Shown: positions 37,024 to 51,878, counted from the stretch's first letter. The stretch: 64,000 nucleotides of DNA from Octopus vulgaris (GCA_951406725.2 OX597827.1:2976001-3040000), one strand, 5' to 3'. Numbers and translations are program-made. Notes: generated by a model not told the origin, from the sequence alone.

Positions 37024-37084
<61 letters not shown>

Positions 37085-37127
37085 TATATGCATATATATA
37101 TATATATATATACATATGCATACACAT

Positions 37128-37173
<46 letters not shown>

Positions 37174-37735
37174 AGTGTACATTTAAACACATAAGAAAGC
37201 CACTCGTGGGATTCAACATGCTAGAAAGAACAGCTAGGTTCTATAACCACAAAATTAGGGATAAAATCCGACAGGAACGAAATGAAAAAATAAAAACTTT
37301 TACCATCTAGTTTCCTGGACCAATTGGTTTCTGGTTTTAGTTTAGCAAATGAATAATATTCGCTGGGTGAAATCTTCTTCAACAGGTACACCTTAGATTA
37401 AATATATAAAACACGAGGTAACTAACGATGACAAAGGAATAAAAGATTATCTTATAAACTTTATTGGCTTACAGCTGTTTCTGCTATAGGATGCAGTGCA
37501 CTACAGTTCATAAGATAATCATTTACTCCTTTGTCATCTTATTTTTTTATACATCTGCTTTGTTATACTTGGGGATGGTCATCTTTTTGCCAATCAAACC
37601 AATGCACTATTTATTTGACCTTCACTTTAGTTTTATTCCATTGTGTCCTTCTGTGGTATTTAGCTTCATCTGTACGTAGTATAACATTCTGTTTCAACAC
37701 GTTTTCACATCAAGAACCTTGCAAAACAAATGCAT

Positions 37736-37802
<67 letters not shown>

Positions 37803-38544
37803 TATATGTATGTATAGGTGGAGAGAGTATGTCTTCTCTCCCACTCCCCCTCTCTCCCTCTCCCTCTGGAGAAACCAAGAATTCACATCTTCAACAAGAC
37901 AACTGTTCTTGTCCTTCTCTCATGTTTTCATATTCCTCAATTTATACCCAACAAAGTTGAGTGGGGTGGGAGCCTACCACACCTGACAGAATGCTCAGTA
38001 GTATCTATTCCAGCTCTTTACATTCAGAGTTCAAATCCTATCAAGTTCAGCTTTGCCTTTCATCCCTTCAGAATCAATAAAATAAAATACTAGTTAAGTA
38101 ATGGGGGTCAATGTTCTCAACATCTTTCTTCCCCTCAAAACTTTTGGCCTTGAACCCAGCAATGGATCAGCATCCCGCTCAAAGGGAATGTTATGATATC
38201 AATTGCTTACATGCCATGAAAACCAGGTAACTGACTTAACAAGTCCTGGGGCTTATGAAAAATAAATGTATGAACACACAGGTGTTCTCTTGTTAGCTCA
38301 TAAGGATGTCCATTGGTGATGGAGAGATGGAAGATACACAAACTATAAGAATACATATATCCCAGTACGTTTCAAGATCAAATCCTGTCTAAGCTAAATA
38401 ATTTGTGTTTTTATCATTCCAAATTCAATAAAACAATACTAGATACCAGTCATGCAATTGGGTCTGATTCAGTCAACCAAATCTCCTCAAAGGCCCCTAA
38501 ACAGTTTTATAACCTTGCCTAGTCCCTATGAGAAATCAATAGTA

Positions 38545-39198
38545 TGGATGATGATGGTGGTGGTTGTGTGGTGATGACGGTTGTCATTATTATGATTATG
38601 GTGGTTATGATTTCATATATATTGTTGCCACTTATTAAGGATGATACTGATGATGATGATAATGATGAAGATGATGATGTTCATGACGATGACGATGAAG
38701 AGTTGTTGTTGTTATAGTTGTTGTTGCAGAGAACAATGTCTGTGGCAGAGATGGAGGCAATAATGGTGGATAGGAAAGCGGTAGTCATGGAAACCATAGA
38801 CAGGCAGTGGGCAATTATACTGCAGCATTCAATGAGAACGAAGTGGAGAATGGTAGAGGTTGCTGCCTATTGATGGTTGTGCCAGTGATGATGATGACGA
38901 TGATGATGATGATGCTAGCAGTGGTTGCGTTGGTGGTAGTGATGTTGTTGATGGTAGTGGTAGTGGTGGTGGTGGTGGTGGCAATGGTGATGTTAGTGTT
39001 ATTTGGTGACAGTAGTGATAGTGGCAGTGGTGCTGGTGGTTGATAGAGGTGATAGTGGCATTATTGTTGTTGTTGTTGTTGTTGTTGTTAGTGGTGGTGG
39101 TGGTGTTATTATTGTCATCATTCAGCCTCTATTAAGTTATCTCTCATCAAGTCAAACTTCTTATGCTTTAAGATGTTCCAAACAATCCCACCATATGT

Positions 39199-39250
<52 letters not shown>

Positions 39251-41420
39251 AGTCCTACATTAATCTACTTCCTTTCATTCATTCTTAGAATGTGGTTTGA
39301 GGGTGATTTAACTGCTATTTCTTGCAGATAAATGCTATCTCTGTTAGTTGTAATGTGATGGTTAAAGTAGTGGTCTCACTACCACCATTATCATCACAAC
39401 TATCACCACCACAACCACCACCACTAGTGGTAAGTACTGACTATTGTAGTGGTAGTAGTTCAAGTGGTAGTTGCAATTTCAGTGATAGTAGAAGCTAAAG
39501 TTGTTTAGCCCTAGGTCAACACTGATCAAGTAGAGTTATTATCAAAAGCATTCTAATAGTGACCATCCTATTTCCATAGATCTACCTTGGAATATATAAT
39601 CTAATGTGTTCTCTATATTTCAAAAAATATTTGAGCCTGACTTGAGGGAGATTTTGTTTGCTATTTCATTTAAGAAGTTCAGATGTTCCCATAGTGGCTG
39701 CCTCATTGGGTCATGGTAGCTACAGTAGTCGTATTGGTGACATAAGGGGTAGAATTAGAGGTGATTTGTAAAAATAACACAGGGATTATATTGGGCAGAG
39801 GGTAACGGGTTCAAATTCCGCCGAGGTCGACTTTGCCTTTCATACTTTCGGGGTCGATTAAATTAAGTACCAGTTATGCACTGGGGTCGATGTGATCGAC
39901 TTAATCCATTTGTCTGTCCTTGTTTGTCCCCTCTGTGTTTAGCCCCTTGTGGGTAGTTAAAAATAAAATAAAATAAGGAAGGTGCAGCTATAGCATAGAG
40001 GCAAATTTTCTACTGCACTCGAAAGGAAAGGCCAAGATGTGATGGTATGGTGGCATAAGGTAAACAAGGATGTGTGTAAGAATGGTGAAGTGGGGTGTGG
40101 GGATGATATAATACAAGGTAAACAGCCTTGAGCTGGGTGGTGGCAGTGGTGGTGATGGAAGTAACACTAGAAGCGATGGTGTTAGTGGTGAAGGTAGTAC
40201 CAGTGAAGACAGTGGAAGTGATGGTGAAGTTGGTGCTGGTAGAGGTGATGATGGTGGTGGTGATGGATGGCGATAGTGGTGGTGATAGTACTGATGGTGG
40301 TGCTGGAAGTGATGCTGGGAGTGGTGGTGGAGGTTGTGGTGGTGTTGATAGCTATGTTGGTGGTGGTGGTGATACAGATGCTGGTAGTGACGGTACTAAT
40401 GATGATGGTAGTGGTGGTGATGGAAGTGGTGCTGGGGGTGGTGGTGGTGGTGGTGGTGGGTGGTGGAGAACAAGAAGTGGTGGTAGGGAAGGAACCAGGG
40501 TGAGGAGAGATGATTTGTAAAGTGGTGTGGATGAGATGAGATGAGAGATTATATAGACTTAAGTTGTTGAAGGCAATGATGATGATGACAGAGATGGCAG
40601 CACTGGTAAAGTGGTGGTGTAGTGGTGGTGGTGGTGATTGCGGCGATGGAGGTGGTGATGTTGATGGCGGTGGCGGTGGTGTGTTGATGGCTGTGGTAAC
40701 ATTTGTGGTAGAGGTGATAGTGTTGTGGTTGTTACTTCTTGTGGATATTGATGTGGGAGGTGTTAGGGGCAGTACACATGTAGTGGTCACAGTGGTGGTG
40801 GTGAATGTCAGTGGTGAGGGTGGTATCAGTTGTGGCAGTAATAGTAATAGTCGTGGTGGTGACAATGATAAAATATCTGTAGTGGTGGGTGCGGTGGTAG
40901 TAGTAGTGATGGTGGTGAAGGTTGTAGTAGTAGTGATGGTGGTGGAGGTAGTAGTAGTAGCAGTAGCAATTATAGTAATAGTAGTAGTAGTGATGGTGGT
41001 AGTAGTAGTGATAGTAGTAGTTGTAACAGTTGTGGTTGTAGTAACAGTACTAAGTGATAGTGGTGGTAGTTTTATAGTAGTGTTGTTGTTTTGATACTAG
41101 TAATAGTAGTGGTTGTGGTGGTGGTGGTGGTGGTGGTGGTAGTGGTGGTAGTGGTGGTGCCACCAGTGGAGGCAGCAGCAGTATTGATGGTAGTGGCAAT
41201 AATAGTATGGAGGGAAAGGTTGAGGAAAGAAAACAAACAAACACACACACACACACACATTGTAGTTGCATTGCCGGTGCTGGCAACAGCGGCAAAACAG
41301 CAATGGTGGTGGTGGTGGTGGTGGTGGTGATGGCATTAGTAGTAGTGGGAGTGATAGTAGCATTGTATGGCTGTGGTGGTGGTAGTCGTCGTGGCAACAG
41401 CGCTGCTGCTGCTGCTGCTG
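38545..41420. repeat. Long degenerate (GGT/GAT/AGT)n trinucleotide region
   Basis: Low-complexity tracts that produce the poly-V/G/T/H spurious ORFs. Confidence 0.9.
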
Positions 41421-41879
41421 CAGTTGACCGTGAGAATATACTGACAGCATTGAAGAAAATTTTACAGTAGGATTGCACCAAAATATCGCTCCATCTTCCG
41501 CTATTGATTATTTTCCATGTTTCTCTCCCCCATCCCCCTCTCTCTTTCTCTCTCCCTCTAACTTTCTCTCCTTTCCTCTCACTTTTTCTCTCCGCCGCCC
41601 CCCCCTCTCTCTCACTCACTCTCTCTTCTCTCACATTCGCAGGCAGTATCATAAATAACTCTGGTCTTTTCCCATGAATTAAAGCTGAAACTTACAGAAA
41701 ATGCACCATCATGCTGTGTTGTGTAATGTGCATGCTTGCATGTAGGTAGGTAGGTGTATGAGTACGAGTAGGTCTTTTTTAAATACATCATTCTGATCTG
41801 TACATGTACAAATACACGAGGCTGTAGTGAAAGATGTTAATTGTACACATATATATATATCACTATGTAAATACATCAC

Positions 41880-41918
<39 letters not shown>

Positions 41919-42699
41919 CTCTGAAATACACATACACATATATACACGTTGTACAAGCACATCTACACACATATATACAGGCATGTTTGTGCATGTATAA
42001 TAGATCAAGTAAGTTACAAATACCAAAGTTAAGAGCACTGAATGTAACTGATTATAGAGTTAAATTATATACATTTTTGTTCGTTTTTTTGTGGGGGGGG
42101 TTGCATTTATAATATTCTTGTCGATTCATTGCAACTATAGTTTCAAAATACTTGACTGCAAAAGACCAAACATCAATCATCAGACATTGAATGACATGCA
42201 AATGTTTGTATCACATCTACTAAAGTGGTATATGAGAGTAAAGGGGAAGTGAGTTGACTCCACATTTGACTGATGTATTCAAAGTACCCAGGGAAGAAAA
42301 AAAAAAAATCCATGCAACTATTTATGTTCACTGCCTCTTGTCAAAAGAACATATTTGTTAAATTAGCTAAAGCAGTGAAATCACTTGTAAAATGGATTTG
42401 TTAAAACAACGAATGAATTATGAATGAGGTTTAGACTAAAAAAATATAACCGTATAACTCTATTGTTACCGAAAACAAGCATAAAAGAAGTAGATAGTGT
42501 TGGAGCTTAGTAGGAAGATGAACCGATAAAGTCCTCATAAGGTCAAAGGAATACAGTGCAAGAGGATATCAGATATCCCAAACATATCATTAATCCAATC
42601 ATCACCTCACATCTATATAAACATGGTATTTAATTCCGGTAGCAGTACCAACTTATTCAAATGCTTACACTTACAGAATATTTCAGATTTAGCATTTAA

Positions 42700-43468
42700 A
42701 TATATCCTTAGCTGTAGCATATTTTTTAGTATCAGCCTTGTCCTCACTGTGCATTGGCTGCTGATATTTTCATAAGGCCTTACTCTTTCAATGATTTTTC
42801 AATTGGTGTTATAGTCAACAAGTTTTTCTTTTAAAGACGAGATGTAACACAAGTTCTTTTCTGCATTTCTCTTATCAATGTTTTTCGAAGAAGACTCATG
42901 ATGCCAAAATCTTTGCTTGAACTTCCTTTCTATCAAATCAATATAATGTTTTAGGGTAATGGTTAGGTTTGAATCTGTTAAACTCTACTTTATTTATGAT
43001 GGCTTCTGTATTCTAGATTCCATTCAGTGGGCAGGTACTGATGTTTTTAGATGAGCAAATAACCTCAGTATATGTAGTATGGTTATGTAATATTATTTCT
43101 TTCATATTAGCAATTCAGTCAAAACTTACTCTAGACTGTATTTGTAGAAGAACAGTGTTTATTGTTAAAACTTATGAAGGTTTTCTTTTGCTCTGTTTGA
43201 CTTAACATTTGCCAGGAAGATGCACGTAAACCAAATAATATAATGCTCTCTTTACTCTCTTTTACTTGTTTCGGTCATTTGATTGTGGCCATGCTGGAGC
43301 ACCGCCTTTAGTCGAGCAAATCGACCCCAGGACTTATTCTTTGTAAGCCTAGTACTTATTCTATCAGTCTCTTTTGCTGAACTGTTAAGTTACAAGGACA
43401 TAAACACACTAGCATCAGTTGTCAAGCGATGTTGGGGGAGACAAACACAGACACACAAACATATACAT

Positions 43469-43499
<31 letters not shown>

Positions 43500-44050
43500 C
43501 GACGGGCTTCTTTCAGTTTTCGTCTACCACATCCACTCACAAGGCTTTGGTCGGCCAGAGGCTATAGTAGAAGACACTTGCCCAAGGTGCCATGCAGTGG
43601 GACTGAACCCGGAACCATGTGATTCGTAAGCAAGCTAATCTTTTTCTTTTTCTTAAGTCAAAGATTCAAGGTACAACAAGCCTTATCCTTGTACCTACTC
43701 ACTTATAAGGTAGTATTATAGTAACATTTTTCCCAGTCAAAGGTCTCTTTACTGGATGATAGCTTTGACGACTGTCTACCTATGTTACTGTCCAGGCTCT
43801 TGAATACTATAGACAGGTGGCATGAAACTATGTTTATATAAGTCAGATTTTCATTAGGTTTATAAATGGTTTGTATGAGCTTGTGTTTAAATCTAGTGAC
43901 ACACAAGAAATTGACTGTGATTAAGTTTGTCTCTATTATGATTTCAAAGCTGAAGGAACTGAATGTATGGACAGTATCTTTCTTTAGTGCATCCAGTAAA
44001 TACCCATTACACTGTACAGCTTGAATGTAAATGCATATGCGTAAATAAAT
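42700..44050 (-). pseudogene. Decayed Penelope-like retroelement ORF (RT C-terminal part + GIY-YIG endonuclease), interrupted by a SINE
   Basis: Minus-strand translation with stops and frameshifts gives IIIETNLITVNFLCVT, YKPNENLTYINIVSCH, KLSSSKETF..YYNTTL, IIWF, CPLNG, HYIDLIERKFKQRFWHH, SLKEK, RPYENISSQC. These match Penelope RT-thumb and GIY-YIG motifs in order. Confidence 0.75.
43247..43637 (-). mobile_element. SINE family B inserted in the Penelope remnant
   Basis: Reverse complement of the 57705-58130 sequence. Confidence 0.85.
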
Positions 44051-46528
44051 TTATCTTATGTAACTGGATCCAACTGACTTGAATCAGATACTATGTTTAA
44101 ACAAGTGTGAGGCAATAAGAGCGATGGGGTAGAGTTTTTGAATGTGAGCATATCCTCATGTGTCACTTCCTTTGAACCTCAGAGAAAACTTGCCGATTTA
44201 GCTTTCTATTAAACTCTAATACCATTTCATTCTCATTTTCTTTTTGCTTTTGCTACTACAGAACTACATAATTATAATCTTATTCCTATTTCTTTCACTT
44301 GAATTCAATGGATTCCTTTCACGAGTGATTTAACACTTTTAGCCAATTTATCATGAATCTCCCTTTGACCAAAAAGCTGTGAACTTAGCTGAGTGAATGA
44401 GTCTTTCCCAAAAGTACTTTGAATGCACCGAAAGGACACGTTCAGAGCATCCACCCAGTGTTGTTCAATGATTCGTAGCTTTTTTTTGATGTGGTACAGA
44501 TGTCACATCTCATTCCTTGTCAAATGATCTATGTTCACACTTAAAGTCTGAAACTCATAGTAACAAGTTATAATATTTTACATTTATAATAACAAGGGTG
44601 TTACAAAGAAATGTATGTATGTATACATGTCTGTGAAATTGTCATCAGAGACTAATTTATCAATTATTTACTTTTGACTATAAGATGTAAAATAAATTGG
44701 CAAAATGGATTTTTCTCAGAGTACCAAATGGAATTCACCAAATGGAAGTGAATAGAATGTCCTCCCTCTTTTTGTGTGTACATAATTCCAACTTAAGATA
44801 CAAGGGGATCTTCTATGTAGTTATGCTAGAAATAGCCACCAAATATCCCTGAAATGATACTCTATAGTATTCCTAAAAAAGCACATTTTGGATAATGTAT
44901 TTCAGAGAACATAATATAAAAAGAAAGAAATAAAAATATTTAGGTGGTTATGTCTGGAATAACAGTAACCCAGAGGTCTTATTCCTCAGGACCTACCTGG
45001 ACTAAACAATAACGTCAAGAAAACTAACCAAAATACTTCCACTTGAACATTGTTGTATGTTATAGCATGTGTTCATTCTAAGAAGTCACTGTGCTGACTC
45101 AATGATTTTGTTTGTCAGATGAAATGTCATCTCTTGATTATTGTTAAATGTTGAATGCTTCATTGTTTACCTGTACTTGTGTTGCTATCATTGATGTTGC
45201 TTTGTATTTTGCATAAGTGGTGGTGGTAGTGGTGGTGGTGGTGGTAGTAGTAAAAGGAAATTTTAATTCAAAGATTTTGTTTAGAAAAAATTCTTGTGCT
45301 GCATACGTATTTTGATTCAAAATTTCTTCAAAAATAAAAACAAGATGTTTCCTGTAAATTGAACTTAGTGAATCAGAGGTTGAAAGAAAGTCTGTATCTG
45401 AAATTTGAACTCAAAATTTGGTAAAAATAAAAGAATGAAAAAGGAAATATTATAGATTCAAATTTGAATTACAATCCTATTTTGTTTTCTGTTTTTTTTT
45501 TTCCTTTTTCTCTTACCAATGTTTTCACAATTTAATTATTCCCAAAACTCATTCAATTTCCTTTCATGAAAATGTAGTTTTTTTAAAACTTTTTGTTTCT
45601 CATGAATTTGAATCTTCAAACTGAATATTTCATATAATATATGTGTGTGTATATGTATTATGTGTGTGTGTGCATATGGGTAGATAAATGGATAGAATTT
45701 GCCAGTTTTTGGTGATAAGATGAGGATTCAGTTATTCTGTTTACTGAATTACAAGCTTATTGAATTAGTATATAAGTGGCTGAGTATTCCTTGGGCATCT
45801 GTACTTTTAATGTAATTCTCAGGCAGATTCAAGATGACATAGAGTGATGCAAGCTGTGTACCCTTGGAAAAGAGGTAGAATCCATCTGCAGAGGTTCTAC
45901 AGAATTTTTGTTCACCTTCCACTCACCAGGTATGTCATCTCAGGGCTATAAACACTAGTATATGCCCCAAATACCATGCAATGGGGTCAAAATTGGGACA
46001 TGGTAACAAATCAAATTTCTAAACCATTCAGCGTTATACTGAACCTGTAATACATGAGTGTAGGAGCATGTATACACATGCATACATGTATGTGTGTATA
46101 CATATATATATATATATATACACACAGTCAAATGGCTGAAACAGCAAAGAATGAAAGTATATATATATGTCTGTAAGTATGTGTGTACATATATATATAT
46201 ATTCATTTCACTTTTTCCTTTCATCTAGTTTCAGCTCACGAGCTGTGGCCATGCTGGGGCACTGCCATATATATATATGTATATATTCTTTCCTTTTTTT
46301 TATCTGTTTCATTATCTGTTTCAGCCACTTGATTGTGGCCATGCTGGAGCACTGCTTTAAAGTGTTTTAGTCAAAAAAATCGACACCAGTACTTATTCTT
46401 TGTAAGCCTAATACTTATTCTATTGGTCTCTTCTGTTGAACTGCTAAGTTACAGGGACATAAACACACCAACATGAGTTGTCAACACACACACACACACA
46501 CACATAAATATATATATATATATATATA

Positions 46529-46850
46529 TCATCATCATCATCATCATCGTTTAACGTCCGTTCTCCATGCTAGCATGGGTTGGACGGTTCGACCGGGGAT
46601 CTGGGAAGCCAGAAGGCTGCACCAGGCTCCAGTCTTATCTGGCAGTGTTTCTACAGTTGGATGCCCTTCCTAACGCCAACCACTCCGTGAGTGTAGTGGG
46701 TGCTTTTTACGTGCCACCTGCACAGGTGCCAGGTGAGGCTGGCAACGGCCACGGTCGGATTGGTGTATTTTATGTGCCACCGGCACGGAAGCCAGACGAG
46801 GCGGTGCTGGCATCGGCCACGAGTCGGATGGTGCTTTTTACGTACCACCA
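46529..46850 (-). mobile_element. Family C element with RTE-type 3' end and (GAT)n tail (other copies ~1600-1920, 15200-15427, 25297-25787, 52050-52257)
   Basis: CATCATCATCGTTTAACGTCCG..CCATGCTAGCATGGGTTGGACG..GATGCCCTTCCTAACGCCAACCAC shared among copies, with internal TTTATGTGCCACC repeats. Confidence 0.75.
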
Positions 46851-47524
46851 GACCAGGGATATATATATATCACCGTGACTGACCAGTCTATCAGATATTG
46901 CTACACATCGCTGGTCACAATGCACTATGCATTTCACAAAGCATGCTATCCAATGTGCTAATGACTTTGCCAGTTTGTCTCTTTCCGAGTATTGTCAAGA
47001 TAGTAGAGAATAGAAGAGGAAAATGAAATATGGCAAATTCCCCAAACAACAGAGTTAGTTGTGCTTTGGGTAGCACAGTGAAAGTACACAGCAATGAGAC
47101 GACTGAATAATAAATAATATTCTATAATAATAATCCATTTCCCTAGAAGCACAAGGCCAGCAACTTTGTGGGAGTGTGTAAGTCGATTATATCAACCCTA
47201 TTTTTTAACTGGTACTTATTTCATTGACCCTGAAAGGATGAGAGGCAAAGTGAACCCTGGTGGAATTTGAATTTAGAACATAAAAATGGATAAAATACTA
47301 CTAAGCATTTTGCCCATCATGCTGCCTTTAATAACAATAATAATTACAATGGTTTCAAATATTGGTACAAGGCCAGCAAGTTTTTTGGAGTAAGTCTATT
47401 ATATTGACCACAATGCTCAACAAGTACTTATTTTATCAGCCCCAAAATGATAAAAGACAAAGTAGACTTCAGTGGAACTTGAACTCAGGATGTAAAGACA
47501 GACGAAATGCTGCTTGCCACCTTC

Positions 47525-47558
<34 letters not shown>

Positions 47559-49026
47559 TAATAATGATGGTTTCTGATTTAGGCATAAGGCCACAACTTT
47601 CAAAAGGAAGGAAAGCCGATATCATTGACCCCAGTACTTGACTGATACTTTTATTTTATCGAACCTTAAAGGATGATGTTGACCTTAGTGGAATTTGAAC
47701 TGAGAGTGATGTAATGAGTAGGAAGAATTACTGCTGGGCATTTTTTGTTCTTTTTTGATGATGCTCTAACGATTCTGTTAGCTCAATGCCTTGATAATGA
47801 TGATGATGACGATGATGATTAATCAATTTCCTATGCTTGGTTTTAAAACCAATTGTCATTCACTGGTGGTGCATTGTCACACGGTCCTCTTGCATGTATT
47901 GCCACAGACATATTTGGCAAAATTCCTCGCATGCAAAAGAAGACTTGGAAGCAATCAGCTTCATTCTCTGAGGCATATTTTGCATCACTCTCTGCTGTGG
48001 AAATATATTCCATTCTTCTCCAAATGAACTCAACAATGATCACAGATGGACAGATGCCATAGTTTTTAAGCCAAATGTATTAAAGTGCATTAGGTACAGA
48101 TATCACTGTCAGCATCATCATCATCATTTTGTTCTAGTTTTGTTCGTATATACTGTTATGATTTCCTGCAAAAGTTTCCGACTTTGTTGGTCAAGCGCTA
48201 CTCTTTCTTTTCAAACCTTTCTCTCCTGCTTTGTCTGTCTGCTAATTGCTCAAGGAAGAAGTTTTCTGATTCCTTCAATGCAAGTTCATCTGCATTGTTT
48301 GAGGATGAATTTGTATTGACATTGTCATCGTCATCATTATTTGCCATCATTATTTCTCATCACCATCATCATGACCATGTCCCCCATCATTGTCACTTAC
48401 CATCACCATCACAACCACCACCACCATTACAACGAGCACTACCACCACCACCACCACAACCACCACCATCATCAACATCTTCATCAAAAGCATCACAACC
48501 ACTGCCACCATCACCATAATTTTGAATTAATACAGGAGCTCCTGCAAAGACTGGTTTGAAATACCAGCCTCCCCCCTCCTCTCAATGTTGCACTTCTGTC
48601 TTAAAAGATGGACACATTAGATGATGTAGTCCAAGATACATTGTGCAGCAAATACAAGATGGTCTTTGCAAGAGGACTTTGACAATAGGTTGCCTGATCA
48701 AGACTGACCAGAAATGCAGAGTTTTGCTTATGAACACAATGCATCGCTTGGTCTGGAAATCAAAATCAGGGTCTTACAGTCATGAATGCAACATCCTATC
48801 ACAAGACCATGCACCACACATCAAGTAGTTAATACATTTAATGCCGAACTGAGATTTATTTGCAGCTGCCTTCTGATTTAAATTTGATGTTAAAACTACA
48901 ATTGCAACGAATACATTTATGCACCTAATATCCAAGTCTATCTGCCAAAACTACTGCATGAATTTAACTATTGAAATTTCTTTTTTTAAAAAGCCTTGCT
49001 TCAAGTAGCAGAGCATCCTGCAAGAC

Positions 49027-49338
49027 ACTTCGTTGGGGCTTGAAACCATGGAAGAAATAAAAAGAATCGTCAGAAATTGTCTGAATGTTTGCTGCCAAGG
49101 TCATGAGAGACTTTCATCCTTCTGGGGTTAATATAATAGAGAATCAAGTCTAGACAGATGGGCTGGGGGAAATGTTTGAATACTTCGTTGGGGCTTGAAA
49201 CCAAGGAAGAAATAAATAGAAACCTCAGAAATTGTCTGAATGCTTACTGCCGAGGTCATGAGAGACTTTCATCCTTCTGGGGTTAATATAATAGAGAATC
49301 AAGTCTAGACAGAAGGGCTGGGGGAAATGTTTGAATAC
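49027..49338 (+). repeat. Tandem duplication, 2 x 155 bp
   Basis: ACTTCGTTGGGGCTTGAAACCA starts at 49027 and 49182; few substitutions. Confidence 0.9.
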
Positions 49339-51407
49339 CAATAGGTAAAATGGAAATAAGTGAAATGAGTGGAGTAAGAGACAGATAAATGGATAACATG
49401 AAAGGTTACAACATCAGCATGTGCATCATTTAAGCCTGTAACATTCACATTATTAGCAAACTACCCAACTACATAGGAAGCATGAAATGAGGGAGGTATG
49501 TCATAGCAGCAGTATGTATTGAGAAATATGTAAATGGACTTTGATAGATTACTGTGTGGTGTCTTAGAGAAATCACATTATCGGTGGTGATGCAGCATTC
49601 TATTGCAGCTGTATGACATGTGTTTGTGACTAAGTGACATGTGATGATGGTTCACTCCCAAACTGAAATAAGCTCCCAACCTCTGCATCATGAATGGTTA
49701 TGGGGACCACTGCTAACAAAAGCCAGAACTTCCTTCGACCACTACATAAAAACTATTAAAAAAAAAATTATTTAGATATACTTTTATTTTAGTTGTTTAC
49801 ACTGCTTTACGCTTGTTTATTCTCTTATACATTTGAAGTTCACAAATTTCCTTATTTAAATTATGAATCATATTCCTTTCGATAATATTAATATGATTAC
49901 AAAACTTCTTTGTAGATGATATTTTCCATTTGGTCGACACTAATCTTCAAATTAGTGGAGTCCGTGGCTCTACTCATAGTAATGTATAACTGGCTGTGTG
50001 TAAACAACAGAGTGGGTAAAAATGCACCTACATGATCTGTTCCTTGTTTGCTGTGAATGCACAAGCGGAATCTTGAGGGTTGAAAAAATCAAATTATGTC
50101 TTACCTCTCACTGCTCTATGCAAATAATGTCTGGATGTTCTGGTACCTTGGGTTATTTTGATTGACAAAACTGAGATGTGAACAACAGCTGCTTCGATTA
50201 GCCATTTGGAATCCTGCTGGAGACTGGCACAAACGCTTACTTGTTTCCCGGCAACATAATAATATTTTCCCCTTCTTAGACTTACATAATGGCAAGGTCT
50301 TTTTACAGCAATCATGTTTATGTCAAGACAAGAGAACACACAACCACATGTACAAATGTACACATACATGGTTATATATATATATGTTCATGTGTACATG
50401 ACGGTCTTCTTCCAGTTTCCATATACTAAACTCACTCACAAGGCTTTGGTCAGCCTGGAGTTATAGAAGATATTAACCCAAGGTGCCATGTAGTGGGACT
50501 GAAACCCAAACAACATGGTTTGGAAGTCCACAGTGTATATATAAATCAGATCTATATAAAGAATATCCTTTGATATCTGAGAGCTTCTGCAGCAGGTTTG
50601 CTATGTTTCAATATCTAAATGTTGCATAAGAAACTACTCACCCACCAGAGCTACTTTTGACATAATTTATTCTTAGCAAAGAAGTCTGCAAATATAGAAA
50701 AATTAAACAAAAGCTTTTGTAATCTGAAGACTAATTATAGTCGAATGAACATTGAGGTCATTTGTCACTGGACAGAGGTCAGTCTGACTACATAAATGTC
50801 AGTGTTGTTTGGTTGATATCATCATCATCACTATCACCATAAACCACTTACACCATAAAGCACCAGTTCTTATCATAATCATCATTGGCATGATCATCAT
50901 CATCATCATCTCCAATACTATCTTCAATGCACCACTATCATCGTAATCAGTAGTGAAGAACTCATCTTTATGATGATCATCACCACCATCGTCGTCATCA
51001 TTACCAAGTCACTGTATTGCCAATATCATCATCCTTATCAAAATCATTATCGTCATCATCATCATTACCAGCATCATCCCCCAAAATGACATCATAGATG
51101 TGATGAATGCCACTACCACCACCACCACCACCACCACCACCACATCTATCATAATCACTTTGTCGTCATTGCCATCATTATCTTCACCAGCATCATCGTT
51201 GAAGTCATCATCAACACCCCCAACACTCCCAACTCAATCATAATCATCACTAAAGAGCTCATCAACATCATCATCATCGTCATCACCGATATCAACACAG
51301 CTATCATTACATAATCATTATTGGAATGAACATTATAATGATTAATATCGTTATTACCAAGACAATGTGCTGCCAAAAAACAGTCCTGTCTCCCCACTAC
51401 CATCATC

Positions 51408-51440
<33 letters not shown>

Positions 51441-51700
51441 CTGTCACTGCCCCATATTCGAAATTCCTTATCATTTGATTTAATATATCCCATCATACCC
51501 CTACAGGGTTCTGATGAAATATCTACCCTGTCAACCATAAATGTGACTGCACTGACAACTGCAACAGTATGTAGGAGGGTACATGTTTTGAAGCATGAAT
51601 GTCTTTCATATGTTTGTTGCATCGCGAAGAGGAACAGGGATAAAATATGCAGATAAAGTAAAAAAAGTGTAAAAAAAAAAAAGGGAAAGAGAGAGATTAA

Positions 51701-51878
51701 CCCTTTAGCGTTCAGAGTTTTCTATCAAATATAATACTTATTTACTCATTTTGTTTTGAATAGATTAAACATTATCTTGTAGCTTTGAGATTTTGATGAT
51801 GTGAACATTTATTTTTTTAGAGTGACTTGGTAGAGTAGGTGTGAGTGACCAGATCTGGCAAGTTTGAATGCTAGAGGG
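51701..51878. mobile_element. piggyBac-like MITE (related copies at ~290-805 and ~30153-30345)
   Basis: TTAA|CCCTTTAGC ... GCTAGAGGG|TCAA. Internal AGCTTTGAGATT..GATGATGT..GTAGGTGTGAG is shared with the two other copies. Confidence 0.65.

Noticed and set aside
40128-41658. Long poly-V/G/T/P/H ORFs up to 227 aa
   Set aside because: Arise from GGT-type repeats that are open in several frames on both strands.
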